Assembly (NCBI GenBank): GCA_964618415.1
Contig: CAZUAT010000005.1
Coordinates: 49 to 64,048, forward strand
Origin: an uncultured Thermoanaerobaculia bacterium
GTDB lineage: Bacteria; Acidobacteriota; Thermoanaerobaculia; Multivoradales; JAGPDF01
Reading direction: 5' to 3'
Length of the DNA stretch: 64,000 nt
The notes under the pieces are model-generated. The model made no database searches and was not told the origin of the DNA. It saw nothing but the letters and a program-made list of their open reading frames with translations. The position numbers and the translations under genes are program-made. How positions within the stretch are numbered: the first letter of the stretch is position 1; each line of letters opens with the position of its first letter. This document shows, piece by piece, positions 29,928 through 39,433 of this stretch.

Positions 29928-30614
29928 TCAGTAGCACTGGTTGGGATTGGTAGTTCTGCAGCAGCGGCCGTCACACCCGAACAGCCAGAGGTAGCCGCAG
30001 CCAAAGCTCTGGGATTCGCAGTCCGTGATCGGAGGGTTTGAACTGGTGCAATAGAAGAACTGGCCGAAGCACTCCTCATCGTCTCCAAAGTTGACTGAAC
30101 AGCTACAGGTGGGCAGCTCACCCATCTGCGAGACTGGCGACCCACGTCGCCGAGGCGGCTGCTTGTTGAAGGCGATTGCAGCCACTTCGTCGGAGTCGAA
30201 CGCGGTGGAGAGAAGCCCCGTCGCCCAGAGAGCGTCATCGAGTATCGCCGCTTCCCCTCCTGCGATCGCCCGTTCGAAAATCTCCGGAGTAACGGACTTG
30301 GCGAGTTCGTGCAGCCGGTCCTGCTGCAAAGTTGTCAGAGGCAGATCCAGAAACGACTCGATTTGAGCGCGCCAGAATCGCGCCTTCTCCTCTGCCGTGA
30401 AGCGGGCTACCAACTCCCGTTGCACGAGCGGATCCAGGTGGCTGATCTCGGCATAACTCGGAACATCTGGCTGCTGTGCCAGAATTCGATCCGCTGCCAG
30501 CCGAGCCAGCGCCGCGGCCTCAGAGCATGGTTCCGCCGCGTGGACAGGCGGCTGTCCGAGAATCGCGACCAGTGACACTGCGGCTGTGACGGCTAGACCA
30601 CACGATTTATTCAT
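29928..30614 (-). CDS. Fulvocin-C-related, Cys-rich secreted bacteriocin precursor (putative)
   Basis: Signal peptide MNKSCGLAVTAAVSLVAILGQPPVHA|AEP and a helical pro-region (TAEEKARFWRAQIESFLDLPLTTLQQDRLHELAKSVTPEIFE). The 59-aa C-terminus has 10 Cys (CSCS...C...C...C...GCGYLWLFGCDGRCC...C). The family assignment is from memory of the fulvocin C-related protein family and was not searched. Confidence 0.65.
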   Translation of the reverse strand: MNKSCGLAVTAAVSLVAILGQPPVHAAEPCSEAAALARLAADRILAQQPDVPSYAEISHLDPLVQRELVARFTAEEKARFWRAQIESFLDLPLTTLQQDRLHELAKSVTPEIFERAIAGGEAAILDDALWATGLLSTAFDSDEVAAIAFNKQPPRRRGSPVSQMGELPTCSCSVNFGDDEECFGQFFYCTSSNPPITDCESQSFGCGYLWLFGCDGRCCRTTNPNQCY

Positions 30615-30823
30615 GCCTCCTCCCGTGAGGTGTTGCGCCCCAGCCGGTGCCTACTCGGCGCTGGTCGGCAACTCGTGACACCCAGGACGCCACCATACTC
30701 GCCCGGCTCTCGTCAAGGGGGCCTCACGGGTGCCGTAACGTCCGATAAGATAGATTATGTAAACTCCGGCAGCACGAAACGCTCACGAGCGGCGTCCGGA
30801 TCACGCTGGATGGCGTCTCGCGC

Positions 30824-31717
30824 CTACTCTTCTTTCGCGTTGCGGAGGTCTTCCAGGATCTGCTCGAGGGCCTGGATCAGGTCGGTCTTGTCGACCGTGC
30901 TCTGGCGAAAAGTCATCTGGAGGGCGTATCGCTGATCCGGCGCCTTGAACTTGAAGACGAACGGCTTGCGGCGATCCGGACTCCCGGGCCGCCGGCCGGG
31001 CGCGCGGCTGTCCTCGCGGACGTCGTCCCGCGTCAGGCCCTGCTGGGCGACCTTGTCGAGCATCGCCTTCATGCGTGCCGGCGTGCCGAGCTTGGCGACC
31101 TCGAGCAACAGCGATCGGGACCGGATTCCCAGGTCTGCGGCTACCTTGCGCAGCTCCGGCGGAATCTGCAGCAGCGCCAGCGTCTCGGCCACCAGCGAGC
31201 GCGACTTGCCCACCGCCTTGGCGATCCGCTCCTGCGTGTAGCCGTGGAGCTGGCCCAGGGCCCGGTAACCGTCGGCCTCTTCGAACGGAGACAGGTCGCG
31301 CCGCTGGAGGTTCTCGATCAGCGCGATCTCGAGCGCCTCTTCCTCGCTGACCTCCAACTCGATGGCCGGGATCTCGTAGAGACCCGCCTCGAGTGCGGCG
31401 CGATATCGACGCTCGCCGGCGATCAGCCGGAAGGTCGTGCCGCCCCCCGTGCCGGGCTCGCCCCCCGTCTCGCTGGACGGCAGCGGGCGCACCAGGACCG
31501 GCTCGAGCACCCCCTTGTCCCGGATCGACGCTACGAGGTCGGTCAGATCGCCCATCTCGCCGCGCGGCTGGTTCGGATCCGGCTGCACAGCGGAGAGCGG
31601 AATCAGCCGTCCGACCGCAGCCCGGTCGCGGCTCGTGAGCTCGTCCACGAAGTGCGCCGTGTGGCGCATCTTGACCCGTACGGGAAGTCCCCGCTTGGCA
31701 GTACCCGGCTCAGACAC
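30824..31717 (-). CDS. parB: Chromosome partitioning protein ParB/Spo0J
   Basis: ParB box GVLEPVLVRP...FRLIAGERRYRAA, and HTH LTQERIAKAVGKSRS.V...L.LL.LP. Confidence 0.9.
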   Translation of the reverse strand: MSEPGTAKRGLPVRVKMRHTAHFVDELTSRDRAAVGRLIPLSAVQPDPNQPRGEMGDLTDLVASIRDKGVLEPVLVRPLPSSETGGEPGTGGGTTFRLIAGERRYRAALEAGLYEIPAIELEVSEEEALEIALIENLQRRDLSPFEEADGYRALGQLHGYTQERIAKAVGKSRSLVAETLALLQIPPELRKVAADLGIRSRSLLLEVAKLGTPARMKAMLDKVAQQGLTRDDVREDSRAPGRRPGSPDRRKPFVFKFKAPDQRYALQMTFRQSTVDKTDLIQALEQILEDLRNAKEE

Positions 31718-32468
31718 GGCTCAGAACCTCCTCGGACAGCTTGTAATACTCATAGGCGCCGGTGGACCGCGGCGAGAAGGTGAAGATCGACTCCTTGTAG
31801 GCCGGGCTCTCCTCGAGACGGACGCTCTTGGTGATCACCGTCTCGAACAGCTTGTCGCCGAATACCTTTCGAATCTGGTCGACGATGTCGCGCGCCAGAA
31901 GCGTCCGCTTGTCGTGCAGCGTGATGACCGCCCCCAGGATCTGAAGCTGGGGGTTCGCCCGCGCCTTGACCTTGTCGATCGTCTCGAGCAGATCGTCCGT
32001 CCCCTCCAGCGCGAAGTAGCTGGACTGAATCGGAATCATGACGTGGGTCGCTGCCACCAGAGCGTTGACGGTGATGATGCCGAGGGTCGGCGGCGTGTCG
32101 ATGATGATGAAGTCGAAGTCCGGCAGCACCTTCGCCAAGGCATCCTTGAGCCGGAAGTGGCTGTCGATGTCGCCGAGCAGCTTCGCCTCCAGTTTGGCCA
32201 GAGCGATCGACGACGGCGCCAGCAGGAGGTTCGGGACCTTCTCCGCCTGTTGCAGGATGCCGGCGATCCCCACGTCCGGTTCCGTCAGGGCGTCGAAGAC
32301 GGTCTTGGGCGCCGAATGGGCGTCGATGAACGACATCGTGCTGTTTGCCTGCGGATCGAGGTCGACCAGCAGCGTCCGGATCCCCTTGGACGCCAACGCC
32401 GCCGCCAGGTTGATCGCCGTGGTCGTCTTCCCCACGCCGCCCTTCTGATTCGTGATCGTCAGGATCAT
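31710..32468 (-). CDS. parA: Chromosome partitioning ATPase ParA/Soj
   Basis: MILTITNQKGGVGKTTTAINLAAALA (deviant Walker A), LLVDLDPQ.N.T, IIIDTPP. The start was taken at the Met preceding the Walker A. Confidence 0.9.
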   Translation of the reverse strand: MILTITNQKGGVGKTTTAINLAAALASKGIRTLLVDLDPQANSTMSFIDAHSAPKTVFDALTEPDVGIAGILQQAEKVPNLLLAPSSIALAKLEAKLLGDIDSHFRLKDALAKVLPDFDFIIIDTPPTLGIITVNALVAATHVMIPIQSSYFALEGTDDLLETIDKVKARANPQLQILGAVITLHDKRTLLARDIVDQIRKVFGDKLFETVITKSVRLEESPAYKESIFTFSPRSTGAYEYYKLSEEVLSRV

Positions 32469-32532
32469 CGGGGAAACCGCTTGCGGCAGGCCGGCCGCAT
32501 CGTTCGCGCGATCGTTTTCATGGAGGACCGGC

Positions 32533-32562
32533 AGTGTACGCAAGCGGTCGCAGCCCGGTCAA
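32533..32562 (-). promoter_or_regulatory. Candidate sigma-70 promoter for parAB (TTGACC-18 nt-TACACT)
   Basis: On the minus strand, TTGACC is at 32562-32557 and TACACT at 32538-32533, about 65 nt upstream of the parA ATG. The spacer is 18 nt, so this is a weak call. Confidence 0.3.
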
Positions 32563-32656
32563 CCCGGGCCGCGTGCTTGCCAGAGAAGGACCATGTCGGC
32601 GCGCCGACAATCCTCGCAACTGCATGAAAACAAGTGACTAAGCGGTATCCTTTCGA

Positions 32657-32714
32657 AGGTGCCAGCCACCTGCGCAGGTCCGCGCGCTGCGGGTGCCAGC
32701 CGAATGAGCTGCGG
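32657..32714 (-). repeat. Two copies of the CGGCTGGCRCC repeat in minus orientation (C5 32657-32671, C6 32691-32714)
   Basis: The minus strand reads ccgcagctcattcggctggcaccc ... ctgcgcaggtggctggcacct. C6 matches C4 (29308-29331) at 21 of 24 positions in inverted orientation. Confidence 0.7.
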
Positions 32715-32759
32715 CACGGACGGCGGACTGGCCGATGGCTGAGTCCAACGCCCTGCCGG

Positions 32760-33332
32760 TCACATTTCGTACTTGCCGAGGTCCTCCGGGCGGAGGCGTT
32801 CGAGCCACTCGCGGAGTTTGTCGTCGGTCTCGGTAGCGTGAGCGCGCGAGTCGTCGACGGCGGCCCGCAGGACGGCGGTTGCCGCCCAGATCGGCGCGCC
32901 GACTCTAAGGGCGAGCGCCAGGGCGTCACTCGGCCGCGCGTCGACCTTTGGCGGAGTCGGCCGTCGCGCCTCAGACTCCCCCGTCTCGGTGGCTGCTGGC
33001 GCGAGCACTAGGCGGGCATGGAACGTCCCTTCGATCAAGGCGTGGACCTCGACCCGTTCCACCTCTGCGCCGAGCGCCTTCAGGAGGCTGCGCATCAGGT
33101 CGTGAGTCATCGGCCGCGGCAGCGTCGCCCCCTCGAGCGCCAGTGCAATCGCGTTGGCCTCGAAGACCCCGATCCAGATCGGCAGGTACAGAGTTCCATC
33201 CACCTGGCGCAGGATTACCACCGGCGTGTCGGTATTGGGATCGACGAGCAGCCCCCGCAGCTGCATCTCGACCCAGCCCTCGGGCGGAGCCGGGCTCGAG
33301 CGGGTGCGGGCAGTCGGTTCGTCTGCGGTCAT
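32760..33332 (-). CDS. Bifunctional nuclease family protein (DUF151)
   Basis: VVILRQVDGTLYLPIWIGVFEANAIALALEG...PRPMTHDLM..LL.ALGA.VE.V.V..L.EGTF.A is the DUF151 core, followed by a C-terminal UVR-like tail. The start was taken at an internal Met. Confidence 0.75.
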   Translation of the reverse strand: MTADEPTARTRSSPAPPEGWVEMQLRGLLVDPNTDTPVVILRQVDGTLYLPIWIGVFEANAIALALEGATLPRPMTHDLMRSLLKALGAEVERVEVHALIEGTFHARLVLAPAATETGESEARRPTPPKVDARPSDALALALRVGAPIWAATAVLRAAVDDSRAHATETDDKLREWLERLRPEDLGKYEM

Positions 33333-33417
33333 GCGTCCATTGTCGGGCCCGGAACTCCGACCGTCAAGACGGCCCTCGCACGGAACTCCTGCTCGACGCG
33401 TGCGGCGTTCCGGAACG

Positions 33418-33849
33418 CTACGACTCGGCCGCTTCCCACGTTGCGGCGAGGTCGTCGTCCTCGGCAAGGCGAAGGCCGATCAGACGAGCGCCGGCGGGCA
33501 GGCGGCCCGACAGCTGGTCGGCAATCCAGCGGACCAGTTCCTCTCCGGTCGGGATGCGGGCGTCCGGTCCAGAGCCGAACTCGGGCAGCGCCGCATTGAT
33601 CTGGCGGTGATCGAGGCGATCGAGCACCCGCTCGCGCACCAGACCATCGAGCTGTCCGAGATCGATGACGAAGCCGGTGAGCGGGTCGATCTCTCCGCCG
33701 ATCCGAACCGTCAGCCGGTAGTTGTGACCGTGTCCTGGCAGGCGACTGCACGCCCCGAATCGGCGCTCGTTCTCGGCGTCACTCCACTCCGGCCGGTGGT
33801 AGACGTGTCCCGCTGCGAAGCGGTAGGTCCGTTCGAGTGCGATCGCCAT
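33418..33849 (-). CDS. queD: 6-carboxy-5,6,7,8-tetrahydropterin synthase QueD (PTPS family)
   Basis: F.AAH......C..LHGHNY-like motif (FAAGHVY...CSRLPGHGHNYRLTV) and G.V.D...L. Confidence 0.85.
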   Translation of the reverse strand: MAIALERTYRFAAGHVYHRPEWSDAENERRFGACSRLPGHGHNYRLTVRIGGEIDPLTGFVIDLGQLDGLVRERVLDRLDHRQINAALPEFGSGPDARIPTGEELVRWIADQLSGRLPAGARLIGLRLAEDDDLAATWEAAES

Positions 33850-34037
33850 GGAGGCCTCCGACCGACTAGCGCAAATGGGGCGTAATCCAGCTTGAACAGC
33901 GGGGACCTCGCCGTGCGGTCAGCCCGACGGCAACTGCGAATCCCGATCCTCAATCGCCGACGACGAGGGTCGCGCGTCCGATCGCGAAGCCGCCAATCGA
34001 GCAATTAGCGCTCCGGGGACCTAGAATCGCGGCCCCG

Positions 34038-36440
34038 ATGCTGCGCCGCCTCGACCGCTACATGTTGCGCGAAATTCTGGGTCCGTTCGGACTCGGACTG
34101 CTCGTCTACACGTTCATTCTACTGGTGCAGCAGTTCTTCGACATCGCGGACTGGGTGATCAAGCGGGGTATCCCGGCGGCGACGGTCGGCAAGCTGCTGC
34201 TCCTGCTGCTGCCCTCTCTCGTCGTCCTCACCCTGCCGATGGCCCTGCTGCTCGGCGTGCTGCTCGGGATCGGCCGTCTGGCTTCGGACAGCGAGCTGAT
34301 CGCCCTGCGTTCGTGCGGCGTCAGCATCTATCGACTGGTGCCGGTGATCCTGGGCTTCTCGCTCGCCGTCGCGCTTTTCAACGGCTACCTGATGGTCGAC
34401 GTCAAACCACGCGGCAATCGGGCGTTCATGCAGCTGACCGCCGAGGCGTCCGCCCGCACCCTCAGTTCCCAGTTCGAACCACGGGTCTTCTACAGCGAGT
34501 TCTCTGGCCAGGTGCTCTACGTCTTCGGCGCTCCGGCGCGCGGTGGCGGCGACTGGGAGGGAGTGTTTCTCGCCTCGGCGGTGCCCTCGGGCGATGAACC
34601 CAACGACGTGATCGTCGCCCAGCGCGGCCGCCTCGACCTGGTCGAAGGGGGCGAGAAGATTCACCTCACTCTCGAGGACGCCGTCCAGCACACGTTCGAT
34701 CTCAATCGGCCAGACCGCTACGAGACCCGCCGCTACGAGAAGCTGCGCCTGGTGCTGCTCGACCGCGGCAGTACGGCTCGGCGAGAGCGCGAGCGCGCCA
34801 AGCAGGAGCTGCGCGCGATGACCTGGGCGGAGCTGTCGGCCCTCGCCGGCGACGCGGCACGCCCGGCCGAGCAGCGCAACGTCGCCCGGGTCGAGATCCA
34901 CAAGATGTTTGCCATCCCGGCTGCGGCGATCGTGCTCGGGCTGCTCGCGCTGCCGCTCGCCTACAACAACCGGCGCGGCGGCAAGTCATCCGGCTTCGCG
35001 CTGTCGATCGGCATCGTGGTGCTCTACCACGTGCTGATCACCCAGGGCGAGGAGGCAGCCCGGCTCGGCAAGTTGCCCGCCGCCCTGGCGATCTGGCTGC
35101 CCAACCTGGTGCTGGCCGCGGGCGGCATCGCGCTGCTGGTGGCGCGCAACTACGACCGCTCGCCGATTCCGGCCGCCCTGCGCGACGGCGCAGCGTGGCG
35201 GCGCCTGCGCGCGCGAGCGACAGCCATCCTGGCGCGCCTCTCGGGTCGGCGCGGATCGGCAAGTCCCGCTTCGACCGCGCGGCGGGAACCGGACACCGTC
35301 CGTCAGGGAGTCGGCAAGCGCGTCGTCGTCCGCGTCCCCAAGCTGCGGCTGCGCTTTCCGAATCTCATCGACCGCTACGTGCTCGCCCGCTTCGGGACGA
35401 TCTTCGCGCTGGTGATGGTTTCGGCGCTGGCGCTGCGCGTGGTGGCGGACTTCACGGAGAACGTCGACGACATCCTGCGCAATCAGCCCGCGGGTTCGGT
35501 GATTTTTCGCTACTACCGCTACCAGATGCTGCAGATGGCGTTCGAGGTGTCGCCCCTCGCCGTCCTGGTGACCACGCTGGTCACCTTCAGCCTGCTGGCG
35601 CGCACCAACGAGGTGATTGCCTGCCGGTCGCTCGGCATCAGCCTCTACCGGCTGGCGGTGCCGGTGCTGGCCGCGGCCCTGCTCGTCGCTGCGGGAGCGA
35701 CGCTGCTGCAGGCGCAGATTCTGCCCGCCTCCAACCAGAAGGTCGCGGAGGCGAAGGACCGGATCAAGGGTCGCCCGCCCGCTCGCACCCTGCGCAGCGC
35801 CGACAAGCAGTGGATGCTCGGCCAGGGGCGGTTCATGTACAACTATCTGTCGTTCGACGAGCGCGACTCACGGATGCGCAGGCTGCAGGTCTTCGAATTC
35901 GACGGCGACAACCGGCTCGTGGCCCGGCTGTTCGCCGAGCACGCGGCCTGGACGCCGACCGGGTGGACCGTCTCCGAAGGCTGGTCGCGACAGTTCGAGG
36001 GCCGCGAGCAGACCGCCTACCGCCCGTTCGCCGGCACGGTGGCGCTCGACCTGCCGGAGAATCCGTCCTACTTCGCCGCCGAGGTTCGCCGCCCTGCCCA
36101 GATGACCTTCGGCGAACTGGCCAACTACGTCGAGGTCCTGCGCGACAGCGGACAGCCGCAGCCGAAGTACGAGGTCGCGCTCCACAACAAGGTCGCCTTC
36201 CCCGTCGGAGCGGTGGTCATGGCGATGGTCGGCCTCCCCTTCTCGTTCCGGCTGCAGCGCAAGGGCGCGCTCTACGGGCTCGGCATCTCGATCATCCTGG
36301 GCATCGTGTTCCTGGCCGTGTTCGCCTTCTTCTCGACGCTCGGCGAGGTTGGAGCGCTGCCGGCGGCGATCGCGGTCTGGAGCCCGAGCCTGCTCTTCGC
36401 GCTGCTGTCGGGCTACCTGTTCCTCGGCGTGCGCAGCTGA
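34038..36440 (+). CDS. Fused LptF-LptG LPS export permease (two YjgP/YjgQ modules in one 800-aa ORF)
   Basis: Module 1 starts MLRRLDRYMLREILGPF...SELIALRSCGVSIYRL. Module 2 starts about aa 440: LIDRYVLARFGTIF...NEVIACRSLGISLYRL. There is no stop or frameshift between them. Confidence 0.75.
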   Translation: MLRRLDRYMLREILGPFGLGLLVYTFILLVQQFFDIADWVIKRGIPAATVGKLLLLLLPSLVVLTLPMALLLGVLLGIGRLASDSELIALRSCGVSIYRLVPVILGFSLAVALFNGYLMVDVKPRGNRAFMQLTAEASARTLSSQFEPRVFYSEFSGQVLYVFGAPARGGGDWEGVFLASAVPSGDEPNDVIVAQRGRLDLVEGGEKIHLTLEDAVQHTFDLNRPDRYETRRYEKLRLVLLDRGSTARRERERAKQELRAMTWAELSALAGDAARPAEQRNVARVEIHKMFAIPAAAIVLGLLALPLAYNNRRGGKSSGFALSIGIVVLYHVLITQGEEAARLGKLPAALAIWLPNLVLAAGGIALLVARNYDRSPIPAALRDGAAWRRLRARATAILARLSGRRGSASPASTARREPDTVRQGVGKRVVVRVPKLRLRFPNLIDRYVLARFGTIFALVMVSALALRVVADFTENVDDILRNQPAGSVIFRYYRYQMLQMAFEVSPLAVLVTTLVTFSLLARTNEVIACRSLGISLYRLAVPVLAAALLVAAGATLLQAQILPASNQKVAEAKDRIKGRPPARTLRSADKQWMLGQGRFMYNYLSFDERDSRMRRLQVFEFDGDNRLVARLFAEHAAWTPTGWTVSEGWSRQFEGREQTAYRPFAGTVALDLPENPSYFAAEVRRPAQMTFGELANYVEVLRDSGQPQPKYEVALHNKVAFPVGAVVMAMVGLPFSFRLQRKGALYGLGISIILGIVFLAVFAFFSTLGEVGALPAAIAVWSPSLLFALLSGYLFLGVRS

Positions 36441-36462
36441 TTCGCGCACCGGAGCCAGAAGC

Positions 36463-38217
36463 TCAGCCGCGCTCGAGAACCGCGCGCGCCCGGGCCCGGC
36501 GCTGCTCGAACCAGTCCTTTACGTCGGCGAGCGACGCGCAGTTGAGCACGTCCTGGCGACGGGCGCCGGCCTTGCGGGCAGTCCCCACTCCATAGAGCAC
36601 GTCACCGAGGCCGTGGGGCGAGTGCGCGTCGGGGTGGATCGAAGTGCGCTGCCGGCGCGCCAGCCAGCCGCGCAGCGGCCGCCAGTCGAGATCGAGGCGG
36701 TGCGGACTGGCGTTGACCTCGACGATCGTGCCGCTGCGCTCGGCCGCGTCGAGGACAGCGTCGAGGTCGAACTCGTACCCGTCACGGGCCAGCAGCAGCC
36801 GCCCGGTCGGGTGCGCGAGGAAGGTCGTGCAAGGATGCTCGACGGCCCTCACCAGTCGGGCGGTCTGGACGTCGGCCGGCAACCCGAACCGGCTGTGCAC
36901 CGAGGCGACGACGTAGTCGAAGCCGAGCAGGAGATCGTCGGGATAGTCGAGCGCCCCATCGACGAGGATGTCGGACTCGATCCCTTTGAAAAGCCACGGC
37001 GCCTCGCCGCGCGCGTTCCAGGCGTCGATCTCCGCCCACTGTTCCCGCACCTGATCGACCGAGAGGCCGCCAGCGTAGGCGGCGCTGCGCGAGTGATCCG
37101 CCAGCCCGAGATAGTCCCAGCCGCGCGCGGCGGCCGCCCGCGCCATCACCTCGATCGATGCCGTGCCGTCGCTCCAGGTCGAGTGAACGTGGAACGTCCC
37201 GCGCAGGTCGTCGACCGTCACCAGCTCCGGCAGCGGACCGCGCTCGGCAAGTTCGAGCTCGTCGAATCCTTCGCGCATCTCGGGCGGGATCCAGGCCAGC
37301 CCGAGATGCGCGTAAAGCGCCACTTCGTCGTCGCACGGCAGGCGCTTCTCCCCGCGGAAGAGGCCGTACTCGTTGATGTGCAGTCCCTTCGCGGCGGCGC
37401 GGCTGCGCAGGGCGATGTTGTGTGCTCGGTTACCGGTGAAGTGGTGCCAGGCGGTGACGAACTCGTGCTCCTCGACCATGCGCAGGTCGACCTGGTAGCC
37501 GCCGGCGATGTGCACGGTGACCAGAGTTTCCCCGCGCGCCACGACCTCCTCGAAGCCGTCGATCGCCGCGAGGTGGTCCCCCACCTCGTCACGGCGGCTC
37601 GCATCCACCGCTGCGACGAGGTCCAGGTCGCCGATCGTCTCGCACCAGCGCCGCAGGCTGCCCGCGATCTCGACGCGGCGGCAGCCGGGATTGGCCGCCA
37701 GGTAATCGCGGACCTGAGTCGCCCGCCGCAGCGCATCGTCGAGCCGGTGGCGGGCGTCGAAACGGCCGAGCGCCTCGAGTCCGGCCAGAATCTTCTCCTG
37801 CGAGCGCTCGCCAAAACCCGGCAGAGTCGCGACGCGACCTTCCCGGGCGGCCTTCTCGAGTTCGGCCGGCGAGCCGACGCCGAGCTCGCGGTAGAGCGTG
37901 CGGACCTTCTTGGCTCCGAGGCCCGGCACCCGGAACAGCTCGAGGAGGCCGGGCGGGAACTCGCGCCGCAGCTCCTCGTGCTGGGTCAAGCGGCCGGTCT
38001 GGATGAGTTCTGCGATGGCCGCGACGAGCCCCGGGCCGATCCCCGGCACCTCCGCCAGCGTGCCGGCCTCGAGCCGCTCCTGCGGCTCCTCCGGCAGACC
38101 CTGCAGGGCGCGCGCCGCCGCGTGGTAGGCGCGCACGCGGAACGGGTTGGCGCCCTGCAGTTCGAGCAGATCGCCGGTCTCGCGCAGGACGCGAGCGACG
38201 GCTTCGCGCTGGCTCAC
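36463..38217 (-). CDS. polX: Family X DNA polymerase with C-terminal PHP domain (PolX)
   Basis: N-terminal HhH (NPFRVRAYHAAARAL, VPGIGPGL, VPGLGAKK), Pol-beta palm (GSLRR..ETIGDLDL), and PHP (HVHSTWSDG..., ADHS, HPD). Confidence 0.85.
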   Translation of the reverse strand: MSQREAVARVLRETGDLLELQGANPFRVRAYHAAARALQGLPEEPQERLEAGTLAEVPGIGPGLVAAIAELIQTGRLTQHEELRREFPPGLLELFRVPGLGAKKVRTLYRELGVGSPAELEKAAREGRVATLPGFGERSQEKILAGLEALGRFDARHRLDDALRRATQVRDYLAANPGCRRVEIAGSLRRWCETIGDLDLVAAVDASRRDEVGDHLAAIDGFEEVVARGETLVTVHIAGGYQVDLRMVEEHEFVTAWHHFTGNRAHNIALRSRAAAKGLHINEYGLFRGEKRLPCDDEVALYAHLGLAWIPPEMREGFDELELAERGPLPELVTVDDLRGTFHVHSTWSDGTASIEVMARAAAARGWDYLGLADHSRSAAYAGGLSVDQVREQWAEIDAWNARGEAPWLFKGIESDILVDGALDYPDDLLLGFDYVVASVHSRFGLPADVQTARLVRAVEHPCTTFLAHPTGRLLLARDGYEFDLDAVLDAAERSGTIVEVNASPHRLDLDWRPLRGWLARRQRTSIHPDAHSPHGLGDVLYGVGTARKAGARRQDVLNCASLADVKDWFEQRRARARAVLERG

Positions 38218-38254
38218 CGCGCGCGGCGCATCCCGGCCGTCGCGGCTCGAGCGA

Positions 38255-39433
<1,179 letters not shown>

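Noticed and set aside
29308-32714. Interpreting the inverted repeats as terminal inverted repeats of an IS, transposon or integrative element
   Set aside because: No transposase, integrase, recombinase or obvious target-site duplication is present. A further repeat copy lies 22 kb away at 6601, and the copies track the 3' ends of unrelated genes. It is kept as a finding but not called a mobile element.
33850-34037. A preQ1 riboswitch upstream of queD
   Set aside because: Reading the minus-strand leader, I found no preQ1-I/II-like hairpin followed by an A-rich tail. The region is an ordinary divergent promoter gap.
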